Numbered from the stretch's first letter, positions 10,951 to 22,552 are shown. The stretch is DNA of 64,000 bases from Candidatus Bathyarchaeota archaeon (GCA_963777155.1 CAVZPM010000036.1:76483-140482), one strand, 5' to 3'. Notes: generated from the sequence alone by a model not told the origin. Program-made: numbers and translations.

Positions 10951-11013
10951 CCTTCTGAAGGGATAGTAAAATCATCTCAGGTTTTATCTTTAAAGAGAGG
11001 CGACTGGGATAGC

Positions 11014-11293
11014 TAGGCATTCTTCGTTTTTGTTATTTTGTGGCAGGATACAGCTTGAGTATATTAAAGGACTATTACTGATTCGAAATATGATTCATAT
11101 TTCTGTTTACCTCAGAATGTAATTGTATTGTCTTGTTGGTGAGGATTAGTCGGGGAAGGCGTCTATGAGGGTATTGTCTCCTAGTGGACTCAAGGAGCGA
11201 ATTAGTTGGTTTATCTACGTTAAGTGGGGTAGCTGGCGCTGTTTTGAGTGTTTAAGTCTTGCTTTTTCGAGTGTTGATGGAGGAGAAATATAG
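11014..11293 (+). promoter_or_regulatory. Conserved ~280-bp non-coding leader with 9-1-9 palindrome GAAATATGA-T-TCATATTTC (11085-11103)
   Basis: Colinear homolog at ~62245-62525 upstream of the paralogous gene, where the 7-1-7 core is kept (62319-62333). Confidence 0.6.
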
Positions 11294-13624
11294 TTGGGTC
11301 GGCGCTGGAAGCTGTTTCTTTGTGGGTTTGCATTTTGCTTGTTGGTTGTTACGTCTTTCTCAACGGTTCTTTCTGGGTCCTTGCAGGGTGCCGAGGGTGG
11401 TGTATCCCAAGCTGACTCTAGCTTGCAGGCTATAGGAGCGGAAGCTGTAGAAAATTTCACGATTGTGGTCTTGCCCGACACTCAGTTCTACAGTGAGAGT
11501 TACCCGGGGATATTTGACAATCAGACTCAATGGATTGTTAATGAGCAAGAAAACTTGAATGTAGTATTTGTCACGCATGAAGGTGACATCGTGAATCAAA
11601 ATGCGGTGGCTCAGTGGCAGAACGCGAATCGGAGCATGAGCAAGTTCGTTGATAATGTGGCTTGGGGGGTTTTACCCGGAAATCACGATGGCGCTGCCTC
11701 TGGTGGAAGCTTGACAAACTATAACACATTTTTTGGTTATAGCCGATTTGCAGGTGAGATTTGGTATGGGGGCCACTACTTGAGCAGCAACGCGAACAAT
11801 TATGAGTTGTTCTCAGGTGGAGGAGATGACTACTTGATTTTTCATTTTCAGTATCAACCAAGTGATGCAGTCTTGGCTTGGGCTAACAGCACAATAGTCG
11901 GCTATCCTGATAGGAGGGTGATTGTTGTGACTCATGATTATCTGAATGTGGATGGATCAAGGACAACTGAAGGCAATCACATATGGAGTAGTTTTGTTGC
12001 TCCTCATGCTGATCAGGTAATGCTTGTTCTTTGTGGTCACAACCATGGCGAAGCGAGACGAAGTGATACGGTAAACGGTTTTGTGGTTCCTCAGCTTCTG
12101 GCAGATTACCAAGCTGGGACCAACGGTGGAAACGGTTTCTTGCGAATTCTTAAGTTCTGCCCCACTCAAGACAAGATATATGTTACCACGTTTTCACCAT
12201 ACCTCAACAGTTATGATAATGACGCAGATAGCAAGTTTACATTGAATTATGATATGTCAGGGGGGTTTTTGGTAAGTCTGCAATCGCCCAATGATGCAAT
12301 AACCACTTTGGATAATATGCCTGATTTCAAATTTGTCGTTTCACATTCGAATCAGTTAACGTTTAATTGTTCTTTGTGGCTGCAGAATGCGTCTTACCAG
12401 GCCATTTTTGCCAGCAAGATTAACTTAATTAACGGTTCGCTCACCACGGTAACGCCCGACTTGCCGATTCCAAACGGTAATTGGTTGTGGTGGATAAACT
12501 GCACCGACGGTTCCGCGAGCAGCATCAGCGATAAGAGAACAATTACCATCAATGTTTTCAGAGGAGACAAAACGTTTGTGGCTAGTTACGATGGCAGCAC
12601 AAGGAATTATTGGCTTGATTTGCCGGATAATTTTGACACCGCACGTTCAACGCCGCTTGTGTTCTATTTGCATGGTTATGGAGGCAGCAGGTATTCCTAT
12701 TATCAACAGTTGCCTGTTCTTAGGCAGGTATTTCAGAATCACACCTGGATTGTTGTAGCTGTTGAATGCCGAGAAAAAAGCGGGTATGACGATTGGTACA
12801 TTGAACAAACAAGAAGTGACATTACAGATGTATTGAACCTACTTAGAAATGAGTATACAATAGATTCCAGCCATATACACGTCGTGGGAGCGAGCATGGG
12901 AGGAGGCGGAGCACTAAAGTACGCCATGTTCAACCCTCAAATTATCGCCAGTTTGGTCGACATATACGGAATAACCAATTTCACTAAATTCTACAATGAC
13001 GACACCCAAAACCAGTTTACTGCTTCGCTTAGGGCAGCTTACGGTGGAACACCCTCACAGGTCCCTCTGGTCTATGCAAACGAGAGTGCGCTGGGAAACG
13101 AAGTTCGCTTCCAACATACACCCGTAATGATTATTCATGGATCCAGTGATCTAACAGTTAATGTTGCCCAATCGCGAGCACTTAACCAAAGCTTAAGCAT
13201 ACTTGGATACACCGTCAAGTACATCGAGGTGCCAGGAGCAGGTCACAGTGCATCAATTGTTAACGGCAGGGAAATGGTGATTTTCAACTGGCTTAACGAT
13301 CATCCTATGGGAGGCAATACGCACCTTCTGCTCAACATTCAGCCAAACCAAGATACTTATACAAAAGGACAATCGTTAACCTTGGTTGTGACTGCGTTTA
13401 ATGAGCATACCCCCGCTCTAGAGGGCATCTTAACGTTAGCTGTCACTGGAGCGAGCGAATATGGCTATTTTGATTTTCAAACAATAAACGTAACGTATGG
13501 CTCAGTTAGAGAGTACAGTTTCGATTGGAGTATTCCAGATGTAGCCGGAACCTACGTAGTGGAAGTCAGTCTGGTTCCAGCACAATTGACGGCGTATGAC
13601 ACAACATGGCTAAAGGTGAACTAA
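11294..13624 (+). CDS. Secreted metallophosphoesterase + alpha/beta-hydrolase (esterase/S9-like) fusion with LTAYD domain
   Basis: DTQ, HEGD, GNHD, THD and GHNH motifs; then LHGYGG, GASMGG, HGSSD and GH. Confidence 0.88.
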   Translation: MGRRWKLFLCGFAFCLLVVTSFSTVLSGSLQGAEGGVSQADSSLQAIGAEAVENFTIVVLPDTQFYSESYPGIFDNQTQWIVNEQENLNVVFVTHEGDIVNQNAVAQWQNANRSMSKFVDNVAWGVLPGNHDGAASGGSLTNYNTFFGYSRFAGEIWYGGHYLSSNANNYELFSGGGDDYLIFHFQYQPSDAVLAWANSTIVGYPDRRVIVVTHDYLNVDGSRTTEGNHIWSSFVAPHADQVMLVLCGHNHGEARRSDTVNGFVVPQLLADYQAGTNGGNGFLRILKFCPTQDKIYVTTFSPYLNSYDNDADSKFTLNYDMSGGFLVSLQSPNDAITTLDNMPDFKFVVSHSNQLTFNCSLWLQNASYQAIFASKINLINGSLTTVTPDLPIPNGNWLWWINCTDGSASSISDKRTITINVFRGDKTFVASYDGSTRNYWLDLPDNFDTARSTPLVFYLHGYGGSRYSYYQQLPVLRQVFQNHTWIVVAVECREKSGYDDWYIEQTRSDITDVLNLLRNEYTIDSSHIHVVGASMGGGGALKYAMFNPQIIASLVDIYGITNFTKFYNDDTQNQFTASLRAAYGGTPSQVPLVYANESALGNEVRFQHTPVMIIHGSSDLTVNVAQSRALNQSLSILGYTVKYIEVPGAGHSASIVNGREMVIFNWLNDHPMGGNTHLLLNIQPNQDTYTKGQSLTLVVTAFNEHTPALEGILTLAVTGASEYGYFDFQTINVTYGSVREYSFDWSIPDVAGTYVVEVSLVPAQLTAYDTTWLKVN

Positions 13625-13689
13625 ATGAAACAAAACTATGTGTTTATTAGTTTGAAAATTTTGAAATTTCTTATTTCAGGTGTTAGCAT

Positions 13690-14796
13690 ATGATAAGAAA
13701 TAGTCGGTTTGTTATTGCGTGCATATTGCTAGTTCTAGTAATCAGCTTGATTAGTTACTCGTATATTCACAACGTTAAAGCTTCGGTTCTATTCCAAGAT
13801 GGATTTGAAACAGGAAACTTTAACACTTGGGTTTTCAGCAACGGACAAATAACGAGCACTTATAAAAACTCGGGTAACTATGCAGCCTCTTTTACAGGTT
13901 GGCCTTGCTACTGCGAAAAAACCTACTCGGGATACACCCAACTTTACATGGGCTGCTACGCAATGATTTCCAGTCTTCCAAACACTGACAATGAAATTGC
14001 ATTTCTATTCTTCTTTGATAGCTCTTGGAACAAACACTCCGCTATCGGTTTCATAAACGATGGCGGAAAACTGGGTCTACAACTACATCAAATGGTTCCA
14101 AACGATGATTACCGTAGTTACTACTTCAATTTACAGACCTACACGTGGTACTGGGTAGAACTTGAATGTACAATAGCGAAATCTGGAGAAGCAAGAGTAT
14201 GGCTCGATGGGAAAGAAGTAATGACCATCACCAATATTGACACATCAAATTGGAACATCAACTTACAACTCTTTGGTCCACAATACCAAGATAGTCAGCA
14301 GAAAACTGTATACCTTGATGACTGCGTAATCTCATCAACCTACTATAACCCAACATCAAATCCTACACCGACACCTACAAACACTCCTGCACCTACGGCG
14401 TCACCAACAGCAACTCCAAGTCCAACGCAAAGTCCGAGCCCCACTCCTACAACCACGCCTACACCCACTCCAATATCTTCTCCTTCGCCCACACCAAAGC
14501 CATCCCCAACGCCAACTGCTACACCTACCCTTCCGCCTTCGGTACCTATGAAAAACTCGTTAAAAGTAGATTCTAACGTAACACTCACTGGAGCCGACCT
14601 AAGAAAAGTCAGCAGCACATCATACAACTTCTATATAACCATAGTTAAAAGCGGAACTAACCATATTAATGCTGAGATAGCTAAAACTATACTGCCTCAG
14701 GTCTCCTACCTCAGAGTTTACATAAACAATACAAACAAACCCTTCACTTATGTTAACCAAGGAGACAAATGGGTTATAGATGTCATAACAACATAG
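13690..14796 (+). CDS. Secreted beta-sandwich (LamG/polysaccharide-lyase-like) protein with Pro/Thr linker
   Basis: Signal peptide; FQDGFETG, WYWVE, RVWLDG and YLDD motifs; PT repeats. Confidence 0.6.
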   Translation: MIRNSRFVIACILLVLVISLISYSYIHNVKASVLFQDGFETGNFNTWVFSNGQITSTYKNSGNYAASFTGWPCYCEKTYSGYTQLYMGCYAMISSLPNTDNEIAFLFFFDSSWNKHSAIGFINDGGKLGLQLHQMVPNDDYRSYYFNLQTYTWYWVELECTIAKSGEARVWLDGKEVMTITNIDTSNWNINLQLFGPQYQDSQQKTVYLDDCVISSTYYNPTSNPTPTPTNTPAPTASPTATPSPTQSPSPTPTTTPTPTPISSPSPTPKPSPTPTATPTLPPSVPMKNSLKVDSNVTLTGADLRKVSSTSYNFYITIVKSGTNHINAEIAKTILPQVSYLRVYINNTNKPFTYVNQGDKWVIDVITT

Positions 14797-14914
14797 TCAT
14801 TGAGCAATCTTAGCTAGTGCTTCCAAGATAGTGCTGGAGAAGAAAAAGAAGTCTACCCATTTCTGTTTTTTATTTATGGTATTAATAACTCTTAGAAATT
14901 CAATAAATGCTTGA

Positions 14915-17150
14915 TTATGTGTTTTCGGGTTTTCGTCTTAAACGTTTGACGGCTAATACTGTAAAAATCAAAACTATTTCTGGAACGAACAAACCGATGG
15001 AGAGCGCATTTAAATAGGATGCTGGTTGAGGCGTTAATAATTTTTCAAATTGTATATTTATTTGATGGGAACTAAATTGGGTTGTGTACCATACGTAAAA
15101 GTTTTCAGGATCTTGAGTGTAGCCCTGATTGCTTGCTTGTTGGCTGTCTATAAATACGGTTGGGGCGGTTCCATCTGCTATTAGAGTTTTTGGTATTGTA
15201 ATATTACTGTAACCTGTGGTGCCGCTTTCGCCTGTCAGGAAGAAAGTTACTGTTGTTGCGGACGATTGGTTTGTTGCTATGGTAACGTTGGACATCTGTG
15301 AGCTAGGTAATGTTTCCTCTGATTGCAAGCTCAACTATTGAACCACTATCCGTCGTTGCTTTAACGGTTGTTTCTAATGGAGTCGGAGAAGGCGACGCCT
15401 TTATTGTCGGAGTCGGAGTAGGGATTGGAGGGCTTGTTGGTTTTGGTGTTGATACCGGCATTGATGTGGGATTTGGTATTGATGTTGGTGTTGGAGTTGA
15501 TTGTGGAGTGGGCTCTGGCGTTGCGGGCGGGGAATTTGTTACTTCGAACAAATTGCTGACTCCTGTGCAATTCCCATAATTAACTGTGATATTGACGTCC
15601 GAGCCAGGAGCATTCACGGTAACTGAAGTCGAGCCTACACCATTAATGAAAGCATCAACCGTGCTAGGACTAATCGATCCTGCAGAATAAGTCAGTGAGG
15701 GCGAGCCGACATAGCTTGTAGCGGTGTTTCCATACACGTCTTTAGCCGTTACAGTTATGCTGAAAGCAGAACCAGCAGTCTGAGGACTACTGATAAGAGC
15801 AAAAGTGAAACGGTTAAGAGCTCCAGGATTAACCGTAAAGATGTTGCTTGTTCCAGACACACCCGAACCAGTTGTAAAAAGCGTAACTACAGAACCTGCA
15901 CCAGTAACCGTCACTGAACCTATCCAAACACCATTCGAGAACGAACCAGTGACAGATGGACTAACAGTGCCAGTTGAAACATTCAAAGCATTAGCTCCAA
16001 TATAGTTCGCAATAAGATTATTGGAAGCATCCTTAGCTGTAATTGTTATGTTAAACGATGTACCCGCAGTCTGAGTACCAACAGAAATAAACTCAAAATG
16101 ATCAGGTGGAGGAAAATTCACGGTAACAGACACAGCAGAACCCGTAGCACCATCATAGTTAGTATCGCCACTGTAAACTACTCGGAACTGGTAACTACCA
16201 ACAGTTGGAGGAATATAGGTCGTAGAAGCCGAACCACTGCTCAAAGGCACCATAGAAGCGATGTTTGTCCATGAACCAGTACCGATTTTAACTTGGAAAG
16301 TGGCCGTACCAGTCGGAGCCGCGCCTCCAGAAACACCAGAAATAGAAACAGAAGCTGTAACTGTATTATTAACGATAACTGGGTTTGGATCAACTAACGG
16401 AACTGGGACACTTGGATTAGCCTTATTTACAGTTAGAGATGCAGTACTCCCTGTTATGGTATTGTAGTTGTTGTCGCCACTGTAGACTGCGCGGATACGA
16501 TAGTTGGTTCCTACCGTGTTGGGAGTATATGGATCTGAAGTTGCAGAACCAGTAGACAACGTCACTACAGCGCCAAGTTGGGTCCATGTTGAACCGCTGG
16601 TTGTAGAATATTGGAATGTTACTGTTCCCGTCGGAGTGATACCTGAAACTCCAGAAACGGTTGCGGCAGCAGTTACTGATCCTCCAAGTTGGATGGGGCT
16701 TGTTGGGGTGAGAGTTGGAGCTGGAACAGTTGGATTAGCCTTATTAACCGTTAATGATGCCGCGTTTCCTGTTGCACCATTGAACTTGTTGTCGCCACTG
16801 TAGACTGCGCGGATACGATAGTTGGTTCCTACCGTGTTGGGAGTATATGGATCTGAAGTTGCAGAACCTTTAGACAACGTTTTGTTAGCACCAAGCGCAT
16901 TCCAAGTTGTACCGCTGTCAGTTGAGAATTGGAATGTTATTGTTCCGGAAGGTGTACCTCCAACGCCACCTACAATAACGTTAGCCGTCACAGAACCGCC
17001 TAAATTGATGGGGCTAACTGGACTAAGGCTTGGAACAGAAACAGTTGGGGAACCAGCAGCTTTGACGACTTGCGAACTTGCAAGTAGGCACATTGAAAGC
17101 AAAATCAAAAATGCTACTACAAGCAATTGTAGTTTCTTCATACGCTTCAA
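14915..17150 (-). CDS. Ig-like repeat surface adhesin with PT linker and TM anchor; +1 frameshift at 15306-15307 splits it into ORFs 15303-17150 and 14915-15334
   Basis: Three Big_3-like repeats (GTVTFQ...YSGD.NY) and two TAG..F.IT.TAKD domains. Removing one base restores [11 protein letters not shown], as in gene 8703. Confidence 0.85.
16468..16550. repeat. 83-bp exact direct repeat (second copy 16786-16868)
   Basis: Identical patch with a 318-bp period inside otherwise diverged Ig repeats. Confidence 0.9.
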
Positions 17151-17352
17151 CTTGATGTTGATAGTTGACCTAAGTTCGGGTCATTTATCTACTAAAATAC
17201 AAGGTTTCTATTTGGTTAAACCTTTCCTAATCTGATAATCTCAGAGTTGCACATGCATAAAAAAGATAAGGCATAATTCGTTAATAGAGTCAACAGTAAT
17301 GAGAATGCTTTCTCCCACAGTTTTTTGATGAAAAATGAGGTAAAAAAAGGGG

Positions 17353-18051
<699 letters not shown>

Positions 18052-18352
18052 AATACCAGTATTGTCCCACTCGATTTAAATTATCTTACCTTAACTTAGC
18101 TGGCTATTCGATTTTCAAGAGTGACAATATCAACAAATGCTCATAGGTTGTAGTGCGGCTTAGAAAAAGCAGGAGAGCATATTACTGAATCTTGGTCAAA
18201 AATCATTTACAGTGCCAGAAGGGTAGTTGGGAACGCAAGTCTAGAGAAGTAGTCTATCCCAAATAACCCAACAAAAATTCATTTACGAAGACCTGGTTTT
18301 TATTTGAAATTAGCTTTTTTTTCTTTGTTTAAATTAAAAATGGCAAATAGGG

Positions 18353-18484
18353 TTACTGGATTTTTTTTCCGCAATTGGCACATAACGTGGATATATTGGG
18401 ATTACTGGCTCCACAGTAATTGCAAGATATATCCTTTTCAGAGTTTTTTGAGGCTGTAGCTTCTCTTTCATGAGGGTCACTCAT
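18353..18484 (-). CDS. Small zinc-ribbon protein
   Basis: MSDPHERE...CNYCGASN...CANCGKKI. Confidence 0.6.
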   Translation of the reverse strand: MSDPHEREATASKNSEKDISCNYCGASNPNISTLCANCGKKIQ

Positions 18485-18832
18485 ATAATCAATCATCCTT
18501 AAAGTGGAAACCAAACCACTTAAGCAATCTATCAATTCAAAGATAAATAGACGAGTGATAGCATGGTTACAACCACGTTTTTGACTGTAAATAGAACAGC
18601 TATGACAGCTAGATTATTTGAAGACTAAGCGCCCAAATAAATCTGAGCACTAAAGACAAACACCAACAACTTGGCTTATCTGAAATTCATAAAGATTTTA
18701 TAAATTATGCCCCAAATAAGAAGATGTAAATGAGTTATGAAGAACCAGAAGAAACGAATCAAAGAACGAAGAGAAAAAATATTATCTGAAATCATCAAAT
18801 AAAACCATTCTATGGTATATGGCCAGGTTATA

Positions 18833-19180
18833 CTAAAGTTTCATCTTAGCTAATTCTCTGTTGATTTGTTGACAAGTCTCATATACATCCTCAATTTGAA
18901 TCGGGAGTCCCTTAACTTTAGACTGAAACACCCCAGCGGACATTAAAATAATCCCAAGACTCTCGCTAATAACTGGCACTGGAACCAAAAAAACCGTGAC
19001 TCCAAGCTTAATCAGTGGAGAGACGGAACCTTTGTTTTCTCCCCTAAACAGCTTCTTTGTTTCATTTGCTTCCTCCAAAGACTTGCTCAATAAAGTGACG
19101 GTTTCCTGATAATTCAATCCTCTTTCACGTAGCACTTTAATGAAAGTTGCAGTATCCTCAATTCTGGTATTAACCATCAA
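18833..19180 (-). CDS. Hypothetical protein with hydrophobic hairpin
   Basis: 115-aa ORF containing LIKLGVTVFLVPVPVISESLG. Confidence 0.6.
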   Translation of the reverse strand: MMVNTRIEDTATFIKVLRERGLNYQETVTLLSKSLEEANETKKLFRGENKGSVSPLIKLGVTVFLVPVPVISESLGIILMSAGVFQSKVKGLPIQIEDVYETCQQINRELAKMKL

Positions 19181-19433
19181 TTTGTCTCCGCGGGGGATAA
19201 CTTTTTTTTAATGCTAACTAAAGAAATAAAGACTTAATCAAGATGTACCTTTCGTTTCAACATTTTTTTGCAATCCCAAAACAGACTCTCTAAATAGGAA
19301 ACATTCAATAAAATTGAACAATAGAAAGTTATCTTTGAACGAGATTTATTTTATACTTTAGGTTAACCGAGTTGGGCAACTATAACAAGTTTAATAAAAA
19401 GAAAACATCCAATATGAATTAGCAGTTGATTTC

Positions 19434-21104
19434 ATGTCACATGAGAAAACAGTCGTGTCTGAAATACCAAAGTTTATTCTGCCCTTCTCTGAGGAAGTAG
19501 ATCCCTCCGCTAAACTCGATAGAGATGCCGCTACTGAAGTAGCGGCGATATTTGCGCTAGCAGAAATGGATAGAGAAAAGGGCAGCCGTATCCTTTCTAG
19601 GCGTTTAGGTGAGAAAATCAACTTCATCGCGAAAATCGGATACCCATTCTGGTTGTATCCACTCTTAGATAAAGTTGCTCTGTTCGATGGCTTAAACTTA
19701 TCAGAAAATGTATTGACCTACAGTAAAATAGCAAATGTAAAACATTTTCTAGATGGTCTAAAAAATAGTCTAAAGAACCGTGAAAACTTTGAGTATTTCC
19801 TCGCCGAACACGAACAATACTTTGTTAAAAAAGACCCTAAAGCAAACCTGAAATTACAAGGTTTAATCACCAAAATAGGCATGTTGAACGAATTTGACAA
19901 CTACCGAAAAGAAGCGACAAAAGCAACGGATCAATTTGCTCATATTGGCCTATTATCCTCCCCCATTAATCAGTCAAAGCTTTTGTCAGCAACGCAAGAA
20001 ATTGCACATTTGCACTCATCAATAGAAAAAGAAATCAAGAATCTAAATGGCGCCCTTGAGGTCCTAGGAAAGGGTTCACTTCAGTTCCACAACGAGCTTC
20101 ACGATGAAATTGAGACAATCAAGCAAGAGTTCGACCTTAGCATAAAAACTGAAGAGGCCACTGTAGCTCCAATATTGGAAGGTATTCGCGAGGAATACGA
20201 TCAAAAAACCGCTTCTTTAGCCAGATCATTTAAGGCTGATCAAGTGCCTCTGCATGCTGAAAAGATAAAACTCACAAAATCTAAGAATGAACTATCTAAC
20301 GAAATAGAACAATGTTGTGCTAACGCTAAAACAGTTGTGAGTGGCGACGAAAACGCAAGGCCTCGATGGAAAGAAAGGATCAAAGAAGCAAAGGATGAAT
20401 TGTCCGAAACAGAAAAACTACTAAAATTAAATGAGAAAGAACTTAAAGAACTTGAAGAGAGAAGAGCTTCTGAAGTTTTGCAGTTAAAGTCTGCTCATGA
20501 ATCTGAGATTAAGGATGCGAGGAAAAATATTGTTGAGTTGGAAGCATCAAGGGACGCGAAGATTTTAGTTGCGAAGCAAGAAATGGAGAAACTGACAAGC
20601 GAAACCAAACTGATCAGCGATCAATTAGGCAAATTGGGGAAGTTAAAAGAAGTAGACATTGCCCAATTTGATAAGCTAGGCATAAAATCCTTCTCAGAGA
20701 ATTTGGACAAAGCCCTTGTCTACATGCCCTTCTACGTGATATCTTATGGCAAAGAAACAAAGGATCGCTTCTTAATTGTGCCGCCTTCTTCAATGAGTGC
20801 CATAGATATATCGACAAAACTTAAGGCTATACTCGGAAGGGCAAGAATCAAGTCCTTTCTAGCACCAAGATTCAAAGAATTAACCTCCATTGCTGAAAAT
20901 ATTCAGATACAAAGCCAAAAAAACAGCATCTTTGCGGCTGAACTTAAGCAGTTGGGCGCTATAAACAATATCTTGCTCACGGCTTGGATCCATGATGAAA
21001 TTGAAAAAGGCTTAATGGGCTTGAAAAATCAAGGCTGGTTAAATGACAAACAATATGGGGCTGTTATGGCAGGCGTTAAAGCCACTCTAAAGCCGTCTGA
21101 CTAA
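19434..21104 (+). CDS. Long coiled-coil hypothetical protein
   Basis: 556 aa; E/K-rich heptad core flanked by globular ends containing YPFW and YMPFY. Confidence 0.8.
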   Translation: MSHEKTVVSEIPKFILPFSEEVDPSAKLDRDAATEVAAIFALAEMDREKGSRILSRRLGEKINFIAKIGYPFWLYPLLDKVALFDGLNLSENVLTYSKIANVKHFLDGLKNSLKNRENFEYFLAEHEQYFVKKDPKANLKLQGLITKIGMLNEFDNYRKEATKATDQFAHIGLLSSPINQSKLLSATQEIAHLHSSIEKEIKNLNGALEVLGKGSLQFHNELHDEIETIKQEFDLSIKTEEATVAPILEGIREEYDQKTASLARSFKADQVPLHAEKIKLTKSKNELSNEIEQCCANAKTVVSGDENARPRWKERIKEAKDELSETEKLLKLNEKELKELEERRASEVLQLKSAHESEIKDARKNIVELEASRDAKILVAKQEMEKLTSETKLISDQLGKLGKLKEVDIAQFDKLGIKSFSENLDKALVYMPFYVISYGKETKDRFLIVPPSSMSAIDISTKLKAILGRARIKSFLAPRFKELTSIAENIQIQSQKNSIFAAELKQLGAINNILLTAWIHDEIEKGLMGLKNQGWLNDKQYGAVMAGVKATLKPSD

Positions 21105-21184
21105 CTACACCTTTCTTAGAACATTGCTCTTCCTTGGATGTTGGCATGTACTTTGGCTTGTTAGCTAAGATGTATTGTCAGTGG

Positions 21185-22552
21185 TTAGTTTTTTGGACCT
21201 CTTATTGCCTTAAATATGGTCAGAATTTCGATTCTGCCAATAAACATCGCCACAATGAGAATCCATTTAAAGATTGCTGGTAGATCAAGCGTTGTAGCGC
21301 CTGAGCTTATACCGTTGGTTGCCAGGGCGGAGCCAACCTCAAAGATTGAATTATAAATATTAGACCCTGATGCTGCAAATGCTATGCTTAAAATTATAAG
21401 AATTGCAATGAAAGTAATCAAGTATACGACTAGTGATCTTAGCTCTGCTTTTGTTGGTTCGTCTTCGTTCTTGCGTATAGCATCGATGATTTGCTTGATT
21501 CGGCTAATTTTTATTCCGCCAGCCTGGCTAAAGCTGCAACCTCCAATTAGCACAAGGATGAAAAAGTAAATTGCGGCAGGTGGAAATGCTGAGTTAACAG
21601 CGACGTATTGAATTCCAGTTGAAGATAACATACTTACTGAATGGAAAAGTGCATCGAATGGGTTAATCCAGGCTAATAGCGAAATAACGATTGTTGATAT
21701 CCCGATTATAATAAAATATAATCTGATTTCTGGGGTCATGAGTTCTTTGATTTTTAGGCGGAAGAGGTTGTAGAGGAATCTAAAGTTTAAGCCACCTAGT
21801 AACATTAGCAGGATAACGCTTGCTTGGAAGATGCCTATTCCCGCTGTTATATTTGGTTGGTATCCACCGGTGAGAATATCCATGGCTGCGCAGCTTGCGA
21901 CTATGAGGTTTGGCGAATAAGCGTAGTAGAAGATGGCTGTAAATATAGCAACAATCATCGTGTAGATTATCATTATGGAGAGAAGCATTTTTCGGTAGTC
22001 GTCAGTAATTCTTTCTATCCCCATAATGTTGAGGTATTTGTCGATGTCTTCTTGGGGGCACATGAAGGCAATGAGTATGTATATGAAGCCTACACCGCCG
22101 ATGAATTCGACAAGGCTACGGTAAAACAGCAGTGATAACGGAAGTGTTTGGGGGTTGGATATCAGGGAGAATCCAGTTGTTGTAAAGCCACTGATGGTTT
22201 CAAAGTAAGCGTTAGTGAATAGGTCTATTGGGTTTGTGCTGTTAAACACGTTGTTCCAGATGTAGGGAACCATAAGAATTAGAGGAATTATCGTGAATGT
22301 TAAGAGCATTAGCCAAAGAGAAGTTTGCTCGTCGATCTCTTTGTGCTGTGCAAAGCTATTGAAGGCAAAGCCTATTCCAAATGCTATAAAACAAGTGACA
22401 ATAATGCTTGCAACAGATTGCAGTTCGCCGTTTTGTAATCCGATGGCTATTGGCAAAATAAGAAGTAAACCTGAAACCTGAAGAATAAATCCCATGTTAG
22501 CAACGATTCTGCGAAGCCTTTCCAATGTGTTCTCCAAAATGGCGATATACAC
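21185..22552 (-). CDS. trkH: TrkH-family potassium uptake permease
   Basis: FETISGFTTTGFS, GGVG, IGGCSFSQAGGIK and MFIGRIEI motifs. Confidence 0.92.
   Translation of the reverse strand: MYIAILENTLERLRRIVANMGFILQVSGLLLILPIAIGLQNGELQSVASIIVTCFIAFGIGFAFNSFAQHKEIDEQTSLWLMLLTFTIIPLILMVPYIWNNVFNSTNPIDLFTNAYFETISGFTTTGFSLISNPQTLPLSLLFYRSLVEFIGGVGFIYILIAFMCPQEDIDKYLNIMGIERITDDYRKMLLSIMIIYTMIVAIFTAIFYYAYSPNLIVASCAAMDILTGGYQPNITAGIGIFQASVILLMLLGGLNFRFLYNLFRLKIKELMTPEIRLYFIIIGISTIVISLLAWINPFDALFHSVSMLSSTGIQYVAVNSAFPPAAIYFFILVLIGGCSFSQAGGIKISRIKQIIDAIRKNEDEPTKAELRSLVVYLITFIAILIILSIAFAASGSNIYNSIFEVGSALATNGISSGATTLDLPAIFKWILIVAMFIGRIEILTIFKAIRGPKN

Noticed and set aside
9862-15430. Diversity-generating retroelement TR/VR pair
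   Set aside because: No adenine-specific mismatches (only one indel) and no reverse transcriptase in the window.
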